DNA of 64,000 nucleotides from contig NC_091286.1 in assembly GCF_032444005.1 (NCBI RefSeq), positions 419,120,001-419,184,000 of the forward strand. Reading direction: 5' to 3'. Source of the stretch: Ranitomeya imitator. Lineage: Eukaryota. This document shows, in pieces, positions 12,251 through 21,168 of the stretch. Both the position numbers and the translations under genes were made by a program. The notes beneath the pieces were generated by a model. That model saw only the letters and a list, made by a program, of their open reading frames with translations, had not been told where the DNA came from and did not search any database. Numbering within the stretch: position 1 is the first letter of the stretch; every line of letters begins with the position of its first letter.

Positions 12251-13017
12251 AGAGCAAAAAAAGGGGAGAAGCCAGCGCAGCCTAAGGTTAAGACGCAATA
12301 CATAAAGTGCAAATGGACATATTAATTTCTAACTGTATTTTCAAAATGAGACATTTAGCAAACAATTGATCAATTCTTTGAGCCACCCCGCCTCTTCACG
12401 GCAATCTCATATTGGGGCAGTCCTACACTACGTTTTAACCTTAGGCTGCGCTGGCTTCTCCCCTTTTTTTGCTCTGTTATTGGTAAGTGGCTGACCACCA
12501 CTGTTGCCGTGCGCCGCGCCTGGTTATGTGCGCCATTCTTTCTGTGTCTCAGTGATTGATAGGCTGCTGTTCACATACAGCAGCCCTGCCCTGCCTCAGG
12601 CTTTGTTTAATTATGCGCCTGTGCCTCAGCCTGTTTCACTCTTCATCTGTGGCTCTAGATGGGCAGTGTGGAGGTTGGATCCGAAATGTCTGTCTGGACC
12701 TGGTCAACCTTTATCCTCGCTTGCCTACTCTGGCGCCATGGGGGTGACTCAGTATATGCTCCAGGTACAGCATGTTTTTAATGTGGTCTTGCATTTAGTT
12801 CATTTAGGAGGCCTTTATGGCACAGCGAATATAAAAAACGTAGTGTAGGACTGCCCCAATATGAGATTGCCGTGAAGAGGCGGGGTGGCTCAAAGAATTG
12901 ATCAATTGTTTGCTAAATGTCTCATTTTGAAAATACAGTTAGAAATTAATATGTGCATTTGCACTTTATGTATTGCGTCTTAACCTTAGGCTGCGCTGGC
13001 TTCTCCCCTTTTTTTGC
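12251..13017. mobile_element. 767-bp non-coding insertion with inverted arms and 13-bp TSD (probable PLE-derived element)
   Basis: CCTTTTATTATAT at 12238-12250 and 13018-13030. About 12253-12436 is inverted at about 12834-13017. Removal restores CGHIIKGSTFQHP in the host Penelope ORF. Confidence 0.8.
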
Positions 13018-13030
13018 CCTTTTATTATAT

Positions 13031-13969
13031 GTCCACAGTTGACACATCCTAGACAGGGAAAACACCCCTTTTGTTTTCTACCAGTTAAAGTGATTTGACA
13101 AGATAGTCCTTAATATTTCTGTTTTTTCTATAGGAAAAAAGTGGTGGCATTTTGAATTCTTTGACATTAGGGAGACATTTACCCAATATCCCCCAATGCT
13201 TTTTAATTATATTGGCCACGTCTCTACTTTTTTCCACATACGTTGTTACAATAGGAATGCGCTCCGGGTATTTTCTCTTACTTGTGTTTGTTTTATTTCT
13301 AATTAGGTCACTTCTTTCTAGTCTTAGCACCTTTTCTTTAGTGTCTAGTAAGAGTTCCTTTGGATAACCTCTATCTTTGAATTTTTTTATAAGAGAATCC
13401 ATTACAACATCTACCTCTTCCTCATTCTGAACCACCCGTCGCACCCTAAGTAGCTGACCTAAAGGTATTGACCTGACCATTCTACGTGGATGTTGACTAT
13501 CATATGTCAGTAGGTTGTTCCTATCGGTACTCTTTACAAACAAAGTAGTGTCCAGCCCATACTCTCTCTGTCTGATTAATACATCTAAGAATTGTAATTC
13601 TGTTTTAGATGACACAAGTGTGAACTTGATGGTTAGGTCAATGGTATTGAGGTACCCCAGAAAATTCTCCAATGCTATTTGTGTCCCGGTCCAGAGGAGG
13701 AACACATCGTCCACATATCTCCACCATACCAGCACATGCTGGAAATGGCAAGACGGGTAGACGTGCTCCTCCTCTAGGATTTCCATTACAAGATTAGCAT
13801 AAAAGACATCTCCAAATAGAAAATAATTACGTTTAAGTATAATTTCTAATAGTTGCAATATGAACATCCTGCTTTCCTCTGTATATTTAGCTCCATTTAA
13901 TTTCTTCCCAACCGCCTCCAGTCCCCGTTCATGATCTATGGATGTATACAATGATACTACGTCAAACGA
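13031..13969 (-). pseudogene. Penelope reverse transcriptase remnant
   Basis: SFDVVSLYTSI (motif A) and WWRYVDDVF (motif C). The QxxGxxMG motif is missing (FGDVFY|ANLVM, apparent in-frame deletion). A frameshift near 13085 precedes GCFPCLGCVNCGH. Confidence 0.88.
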
Positions 13970-14022
13970 TTAAGGATGATTAAGCTATGTATAAACATAG
14001 GGCACTAAGACTTACTCACTGC

Positions 14023-14053
14023 TTGAGAAAAGCTCATTGCGAGCTGAAACGTT
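14023..14053 (+). ncRNA. Minimal hammerhead-ribozyme-like motif, U3-A8 variant (inverted pLTR copy)
   Basis: TTGAGAA-A-AGCTC-ATTGC-GAGCT-GAAA-CGTT: core, 5-bp stem II, GAAA, then palindromic AACGTT. Stem I is weak. Confidence 0.5.
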
Positions 14054-14217
14054 GCCACAATATGTGGGTAAATTAAACCCTGCACGTTTTTATACGGAAC
14101 TATGGAGTGCTGCCTCATTTTTGGATATTTATAAATGTGGATAATCGCTGGACTGATTGTCTTGGGGCGCTGCACTTGAAGCTAAGTATTTCTGTGCTGT
14201 TCCTTTTTTCTTTTTGA

Positions 14218-14272
<55 letters not shown>

Positions 14273-14703
14273 GTATATATGGTTTGTTTTTTATTCTTAC
14301 ACATGGATCCCTTGTATAGCCGTATGTCGGTTTTGCAAGCCTGCGATAAAAACACGCAGTACGGATGACATACGGAGGATGCCATGCGCAAAAAACGCTG
14401 AAACACCCTGCCTACGGAGGAGCTACGGACCACTATTTTCGGGACTTTTCAGCGTATTACGGTCGTAATATACGGACCGTATTTTCATACGCTGTGTGTG
14501 ACGCAGGCCTTAGAATAATAAAGTGCCGGTGCATAATATCCAAAGTGGCTACAGTCCCCTACTAACACATGGGTATGGGGAAACACATATCCCTCAATTC
14601 AAAATCGGTCTCGGACTGCATAGTAAGAAACCCATCATGTGAAAGAACAAATGTTCCAATTATATATTCTTACCCATATCCTTTTCCATAGGTGCACACA
14701 CGC

Positions 14704-14742
14704 GCCCCGACGTGCGTTTCGCCTTTGGCTTCCTCGGGGGCC
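14704..14742 (-). ncRNA. Minimal type-I hammerhead-ribozyme-like motif
   Basis: Minus strand reads CCC-CCGAGGA-A-GCC-AAA-GGC-GAAAC-GCAC-GTC-GGGG, giving stems I, II and III and a GUC site. The core has U4 replaced by C relative to CUGAnGA. Confidence 0.6.
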
Positions 14743-15343
14743 AGTATGATCGGGGGGGTCACTTTGGATATTATGCACCGACACTTTATTATTCTAATAT
14801 TACTGGTTATATTGAAAAAAAATCTCCCTCTGCTTTATTACCTCTGTGCCCATACCCTGTTTCTGTGGTGCAACACATTTTTTCATGGGTGCACCTGTAC
14901 CGTATATTCAAATAGCTCTGGATTTGGATTGTCATTTAATTGTATTTTATGGTACTTTTCTATGGTAAATAAAATATACTCTTTTGTTTAGTACCTTTTT
15001 TGTGATTTTTATGCTTTAAGTCATGTGTTCTATGCTATTGGGAAGCTTCACAGGGTATTATCCCAAGTAGTTTATGGATGGTTTCCGAGGGCTATTATTA
15101 TGGTATCTGTATCTGAGATTTTGTATTTGAGGGTTTTAAAAGGTGTAGCAGAAAGATGGGTGAGGTTTGTAAAGCGGATAAACGAGGGAAATGCTGGGTA
15201 AGTATGGAGCCAAAGATATCTGTGTGTCAAACAATGCAGAGGTGAATCACAGATGGATGAAACAGACATGGAGGTCTGGGCCACACTGAGAAAATGCAAA
15301 AGTCACCGGTGAGCAACTCAATATCATTTTTGCCTCTGTCTAA

Positions 15344-15716
15344 GGGAATGTGCACATGTTGCAGTATGGTGTGCCGATTTTTCCGCATTGATTTTGGTAA
15401 ATCAGCAGGTAAACCGCACTGCGGATTTACCACGGAATTACAGTGGATTTACCGCGTTTTTAGTGCGGATTCCACCTGCGGTTTTACACCTGTGGAGTCC
15501 TATTGAGGAGCAGGTGTAAACCGCTGCGGAATCCGCACAAAGAATTGGCATGCTGCGGAATATAAACCGCTGCGTTTCCGCGCGTTTTTTTCTGCAGTAT
15601 GCACACTGCAGATTTTGTTTTCCATAGGTTTACATGGTACTGTAAAACTCATGGAAAACTGCTGCAGATCCGCAGTGGATTTGACGCAGCAAAATCCGCA
15701 GCGTCTGCACATAGCC
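15344..15716. mobile_element. Harbinger-type MITE
   Basis: GGGAATGTGCACATG / GCACATAGCC ends with TAA/TTA flanks and internal CCGCAG/CTGCGG palindromic repeats. Confidence 0.65.
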
Positions 15717-15835
15717 TTAGACTATGGCCTTCATTCATTAATGCATGCCAGTCTTAATGAAATGTGCACTGGAGTAAGATGCAGCAAATTCATTTCTTGT
15801 GTAATTTATGCCATCTTTCTGGTCCACATTATGAT

Positions 15836-16696
15836 TAGTGATGAGCGAATATACTTGTTACTTAAGATTTCTCGAGCGTGCTTGGGGTCCTCTGAGTATT
15901 TTTTTGTGCTCGGAGATTTAGTTTTTCTTGCCGCAGCTGAATGATTTACATCTGTTAGGCTAGTTTTACATTTGCGGTTAAGTCCGCAGCGTATCCTTCG
16001 CAACCGCAAACGCAAGCGTTTTTGTCCCCATCAGCTTACACATGATGGTAAAAAAAACGCAGCGTTTGCATGCGTTTTTATATGTGTTTACGCTTTTTAT
16101 GCGCATGCGTTTGATATTTCCAGGAGGGTGTGTCTTTAACGGGCATGTCTAAATTAGTTCCTGGACATGCGCAGTCCGAAGTACGAAAGCGCATTAAATG
16201 CATGCGTACGCAAAGACATGTGTACACATGCGTTCACATGGACCGTAATGCGTTTTTTTGCCGCATTCCTTCCGCTAACAACCACATACGTTTCTAGGCG
16301 GAAAATTGACGCCTCTAAAATTACTACATGTTGCGTTTACAGCGCCAAACCGCAGACGACGAAACGACACATGCGTCTTCAAACGCGGCAAAACGCAACC
16401 GATCGCAGACACATGTGTCCCTAATGTTAAATATAGGAATACACAACGCATGCGGATATTTGCGGAAGAAACGCTGCAGACACAACCGCAAATGTGAAAC
16501 CGGCTTTAGCCAGCTTGATTACATGTGGGGATTCCCTAGCAACCAGGCAACCCCCACATGTACTTATGCTGGCTAACAGATGTAAATCATTCAGCTGCCG
16601 CAAGAAAAACTAAATCTCCGAGCACTAAAAAATACTCGGAGGACCCCCGAGCATGCTCGAGAAATCTTGAGTAACGAGTATATTCGCTCATCACTA
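15836..16696. mobile_element. hAT-type MITE with nested Harbinger MITE (15958-16505)
   Basis: TIR TAGTGATGAGCGAATATAC. The 8-bp flanks ATTATGAT / ATCGTGAT differ only at a CpG. The nested element is flanked by TTA. Confidence 0.8.
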
Positions 16697-16912
16697 ATCG
16701 TGATTAATTTGTATTTTCCAAGAAAGCATATATACCTTGAGGAACATAGTTCACACCACTTGACTCCAGAACCTTTTCTCAAGTAAAATATGAGAAATGC
16801 ATTCATGAAGTAAAATGACACATTTTAGGGCATAATATGGTCTATTAATGATTACTTGAATACCACACGGAATGAAGTTAAAATAGACCCAGGTGTAGTA
16901 TGGTTTCCTTAC

Positions 16913-17040
16913 TTCTGTTGTGAGCTGTTGTATGACCCCAGGAGGTGGGAGCTTGCAAATTCAAGATTCCAGTCAAATGTCTCTAAGACTTTGTGGCACT
17001 CCACTCGGGACTTCAGTCCAAGACCGAAAAGCTGCTCAAC
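16913..17040 (-). CDS. TNK2: TNK2 exon, UBA C-terminal half ([42 protein letters not shown])
   Basis: TGCAG acceptor, GTAAGG donor, 128 nt (phase 0 to 2); strong similarity to the ACK1 C-terminus. Confidence 0.93.
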
Positions 17041-17715
17041 CTGCAATGCAAGAGGTTTTTTTTTGTGAACAACATACACAGTGAAGTTAATACAAGAGAT
17101 CACTGCCAAAAATATTACAATGCCATTTTCAATTATGTTAACCCTTTAATGACCGCCGATACACCTTTAAACAACGGAAGTTAAGGGTACTTATTCCTCA
17201 GCGCCGCTTTTTAACGGCGCCAAGAAATAAGGTTATAGCGCCCCCCAGTGTTGGAAAATCTCTAAGGTCTCGGCTAATCTTTGTGATTGCCGTTATTCAC
17301 CTAATAATGGCGATCACAATAAAAAAAAGTCAGATTTCCCATTCATTTCTCTCTCCTCGGTTACGATGTAGCATACCAGAGGATAGAGAAATCTCTCCCC
17401 CCCACCCCCCCCCCCGCACTCCCGAGCACCCCCCGGTACCTCCGGGATCCCTGGTCCCTCCAGCTCTGTCCCCCAAGACCCTCCACGTCTTCTTCCAGGA
17501 AGAAAATGGCGACCACAGGCGCAGTACACCTGCCGAGATCTGCTGGCCGGTACTCGGCAACAATATGAGATTTTTCCTATTGGTTCATTCTGATCACTGT
17601 GATAGACCCTATCACAGTGATCAAAATAAATAAAATTGTAAAATCAAACCCCCCTTTATCACCCCCTTAGGTAAAAATAATAAAGTAAAAAAATGTATTT
17701 TTTCATTCTTTGCAG

Positions 17716-17935
17716 TTAGGGTTAGGGTTGGGGCTATGGTTAGGGCTAGGGTTAAAGCGAGGGTTAGGGTTGGGGTTAGAGTTAGGGTTGGGGCTAGGAT
17801 TATCGTTGGGGTTAGAGCTAGGGTTAGGGTTTTGGCTAGGGTTGTGGTTATGTTGGGGATACGGTTGGGGTTTTGAGGTTAGGGTTGGGATTAGTGTCAG
17901 GGGTAGGGCTGTGTTAGGGTTGGAGTTAGAACTGG
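17716..17935 (+). repeat. Degenerate telomere-like (TTAGGG)n array inside a transposon
   Basis: TTAGGG/TTGGGG/CTAGGG units at the same position in the element as 8585-8750. Confidence 0.85.
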
Positions 17936-19205
17936 GGGGTTTCCACTGTTTAGGTATATCAAGGGGTCTCCAAACGCGACAAGGCGCCCGCCATTGATTC
18001 CAGGCAATTTTGCGTTCAAAAAGTTAAAAGGTCCTCCCCTCCCTTCACATACAGGGTATCAGCGTACTCAGGAGAAATTGCACAACAAATTTTGTGGTCT
18101 GTTTTCTCCTGATACCCTTGTGAAAATATGTTCATTTTTTCCTTTCACATTGCTTTAGTTCTCATGAAGCACCTGAAGGGTTAATAAACTTCTTGAATGT
18201 GGTTTTGAGCACCTTGAGGGGTGCAGTTTTTTGAATGGTGTCACTTTTGGGTATTTTCTGTCATATTGACTCAATAAAATCACTTCAAATGTGAGGTGGT
18301 CCGTAAAAAAAATGGGTTTTTTAAATTTTGTTGGAAAAATGAAAAATCGCTGGTCAACTTTTAACTTTTATAACGTCCTAACAAAAAAAACATGTTTCCA
18401 AAATTGTGCCGATGTAAAGATGACATACTCTCTGTTTTAACCCCTTCCGACATTTATCCCGATATCAGTCTCCCTCCCTTTGATGTGGGCTCCCGCGGTG
18501 AGCCCACATCTTTCTGGGGACATGTCAGCTGTTTTAAACAGCTGACATGTGCCCGCAATATCCGTGGGTGGAATCACGATCCACCCGTGGATATTAACCA
18601 GTTAAATGCCGCTGTCAAACTCTGCGCCATCCAGCCGGAAATACGCACACCACTGAACCTCGTCACGCGGTCGCGGGTCACCAGTGTGTTGGCATGACAA
18701 CATGAGGTCTCCTGGAGACTTCTATGGTTGTCAGTACCGGCTTGCTGTGAGCGCCACCCAGTGGTCGGCGCTCATAGCAAGTCAGTAAATCTGCTATACA
18801 GAGGCGATCTGAACATCGCCTCTATGTAGCAGAGCCGATCAGGCTATGTCAGCTACAAAAAAAAAAAAATCTTTTTAAAAATATAAAACAAAAATAAAAT
18901 CAAACATACACATATTTGGTATCGCCGCATTCAGAATCGCCTGCTCATTCAAAAAAAAAAAAAAAAAAAAAGATTAACCTGATCGCTAAATGGCGTAGCG
19001 AGAAAAAAAGTCAAAACATCAAAATTACGCTTTTTCGGTTGCGACATTGCATTAAAATGCAATAAGAGGTGATCAAAAGATAATATCTGCACCAAAATGG
19101 TATCATTAACAGCGTCAGCTGGGCATGCAAAAAATAAGCCCTCACTCAACCCAAGATCACGAAAAATGGAGATGCTATGGGAATTGGAAAATGGCGCATT
19201 ATATA

Positions 19206-20407
19206 CCGTATATACTCGATACTCGAGTATAAGCCGACCCCCCTAATTTTGCCACAAAAAACTGGAAAAACTTAATGACTCGAATATAAGCCTAGGGTGG
19301 AAAATGCAGCAGCTACCGGTAAATGTCAAAAATAAAATAGATACCAATAAAAGTAAAATTAATTGAGACATCAGCAGGTTAAGTGTTTTTGAATATCCAT
19401 ATTGAATCAGGAGCCCCATATAATGCTCCATACAAAATACGCCCCATATAATGCTCCATACAGTTTATGATGGGCCCCATAAGATGCTCCATATTAAATA
19501 TGCCCCATACAATGCTGCACAAATGCTGATTATGGCCCTATAAGATGCTCCATACAGACATTTGCCCCATACAATGCTGCACAAACGCTGATTATGGCCC
19601 CATAAGATGCTCCATAGATACATTTGCCCCATATAATGCTGCACAAATGCTGATTATAGCCCCATAAGATGCTCCGTAGAGATATTTGCCCCATATAATG
19701 CTGCACATGGCCCCATAAGATGCTCCATAGAGATATTTGCCCCATATAATGCTGCACATGGCCCCATAAGATGCTCCATAGAAATATTTACCCCACATGC
19801 TGTTGCTGCGATAAAAAAAAATCACATACTCCCCTCTCGTTGCTCAGGCCCCCGACACTTGCTATACTCACCTTTCCCGTTCCACCGTCAGCGCCACTCC
19901 GTCTTCCACGTCCTCTGCATTGACTGTTCAGGCAGACGGCGGTGCGCACACTAATTGCGCCCTCTGACCTGAGCGTCACTGCAGAGGACGCGGAAGACAG
20001 AGCGGCGCCAACGGTGGAACGTGGGACAGGTGAATATGCCCCCGTTATACTTAACTGCTCCTGGCGCGGTCAAGCAAGTCCCTGGCTCTCCGGGTGCCGG
20101 CAGCTTCTTCCTGTATTGAGCGGTCACATGGTACCACTTATTACAGTAATGAATATGCAGCTCCACCCTTTTATGGGAGTGGTGTCCATATTCATTACTC
20201 TAATGAGTGGTACCATGTGACCTCTCAATACAGAAGAAGCTGTCAGCGCCCGGAGAACCAGGGACCTGCAGGGACCGCGCCAGGAGCAGGTGAGTATTAT
20301 TAGACAGCTGCCGCTCCCCTGGGAATGACTCAAGTGTAAGGCGAGAGGGGAAATTTCAGCCTAAAAAAATGGGCTGAAATTCTCGGCTTATACTAGAGTA
20401 TATACGG
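19206..20407. mobile_element. Tc1/mariner-superfamily (Tc2/pogo-like) MITE with internal minisatellite (~19410-19795)
   Basis: TA|CCGTATATACTCG...CTAGAGTATATACGG|TA; tandem GCCCCATATAATGCT(C/G)CA units. Confidence 0.8.
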
Positions 20408-21168
20408 TATATATATATTTTTTAACAAAGTTTGGAATTTTTTTTTCAACACTTAGGAAAAAAAAGAACCTAGACATGTTTAGTGTCTATGAACTCGTAA
20501 TGATCTGGAGAATCATAATGGCAGGTCAGTTTTAGCATTTAGTGAACCTAGTAAAAAAAGCCAAACAAATTGCACTTTTTTGCAATTTCACTGCACTTGG
20601 AATTTTTTTCCAGTACACGACATGGTAAAACCAATGGTGTCGTTCAAAAGTACAACTTGTCCCGCAAAAAACAAACTCTCACATGGCCATATTGACGAAA
20701 AAATAAAAAGTTAAGGCTGTGGAAAGAAGGGGAATGAAAAATGAAAACGCGAAACCAAAAAAAACTCTGGGGATTAAGGTCAAAATTGCCTCGGTCACTA
20801 GGGGGTTAAAAATATGAAAAAGTTTAAGTTAAAATCACTTCCCCTTTTACCCCATTAAAAATAAATTTTAAAAAATACACGTGCATTGTTACATCGGTAA
20901 AAGTCTGATCTATCAAAATATAAAATTACTTAATCTGATCTGTAAGTAGCATAATGAGAAAAAAAAAACTAAAAACAACAGAATTACTGCCGCAACACTA
21001 CAAAATAGTGCAATAAGAGGTGACCAAAACATATCTACCCCAAAATGGTATCAATAGAAACAGTGGTTTCTGTTCAAGAAAGAAGCCATCAAACAGATGC
21101 ATCGACCAAAAATTGAAAAGTTATAAGTTTCAAAAAATAGCGAAATGATTTACCAAACAAATAACCTT

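Larger units (their letters stand above)
6588..14216 (-). mobile_element. Penelope-like retroelement, 5'-truncated with inverted pLTR, inserted in (TA)n
   Basis: RT, CxxCxxC and GIY-YIG coding remnants on the minus strand. The terminal segment 6588-6749 is repeated in inverted orientation from 13970 to about 14135, plus a tail to about 14216, the typical PLE insertion geometry. Confidence 0.88.
3055..14509. mobile_element. Non-autonomous PIF/Harbinger-type element inflated by nested insertions
   Basis: TIRs GGCCGGCGTCACAC / GTGTGACGCAGGCC (1 mismatch) and a TTA TSD at 3052-3054 and 14510-14512. The empty site (TATTAGAAT) is preserved in the inverted host arm near 14790-14800. Confidence 0.8.
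2805..15033. mobile_element. Penelope-like inverted-repeat remnant (outermost host of the nested stack)
   Basis: 2805-3054 joined to 14513-14545 is the reverse complement of about 14758-15033. The roughly 210-bp spacer carries a hammerhead-like motif. Confidence 0.65.
17142..20805. mobile_element. Composite non-autonomous TTAA element (same family as 6750-10813) with a nested TTAA element from 18441
   Basis: TTAA|CCCTTTAATGACC ... GGTCACTAGGGGG|TTAA. It shares the telomere-like block and downstream sequence with 6750-10813. Confidence 0.7.

Noticed and set aside
12855-12910. Possible hammerhead (GTGAAGA...CTCAAAG + palindrome AATTGATCAATT)
   Set aside because: Lacks C3 and the GAAA core; does not fit the consensus.
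17710-17997. Leu-Gly repeat ORF
   Set aside because: Simply the translation of TTAGGG-like repeats.
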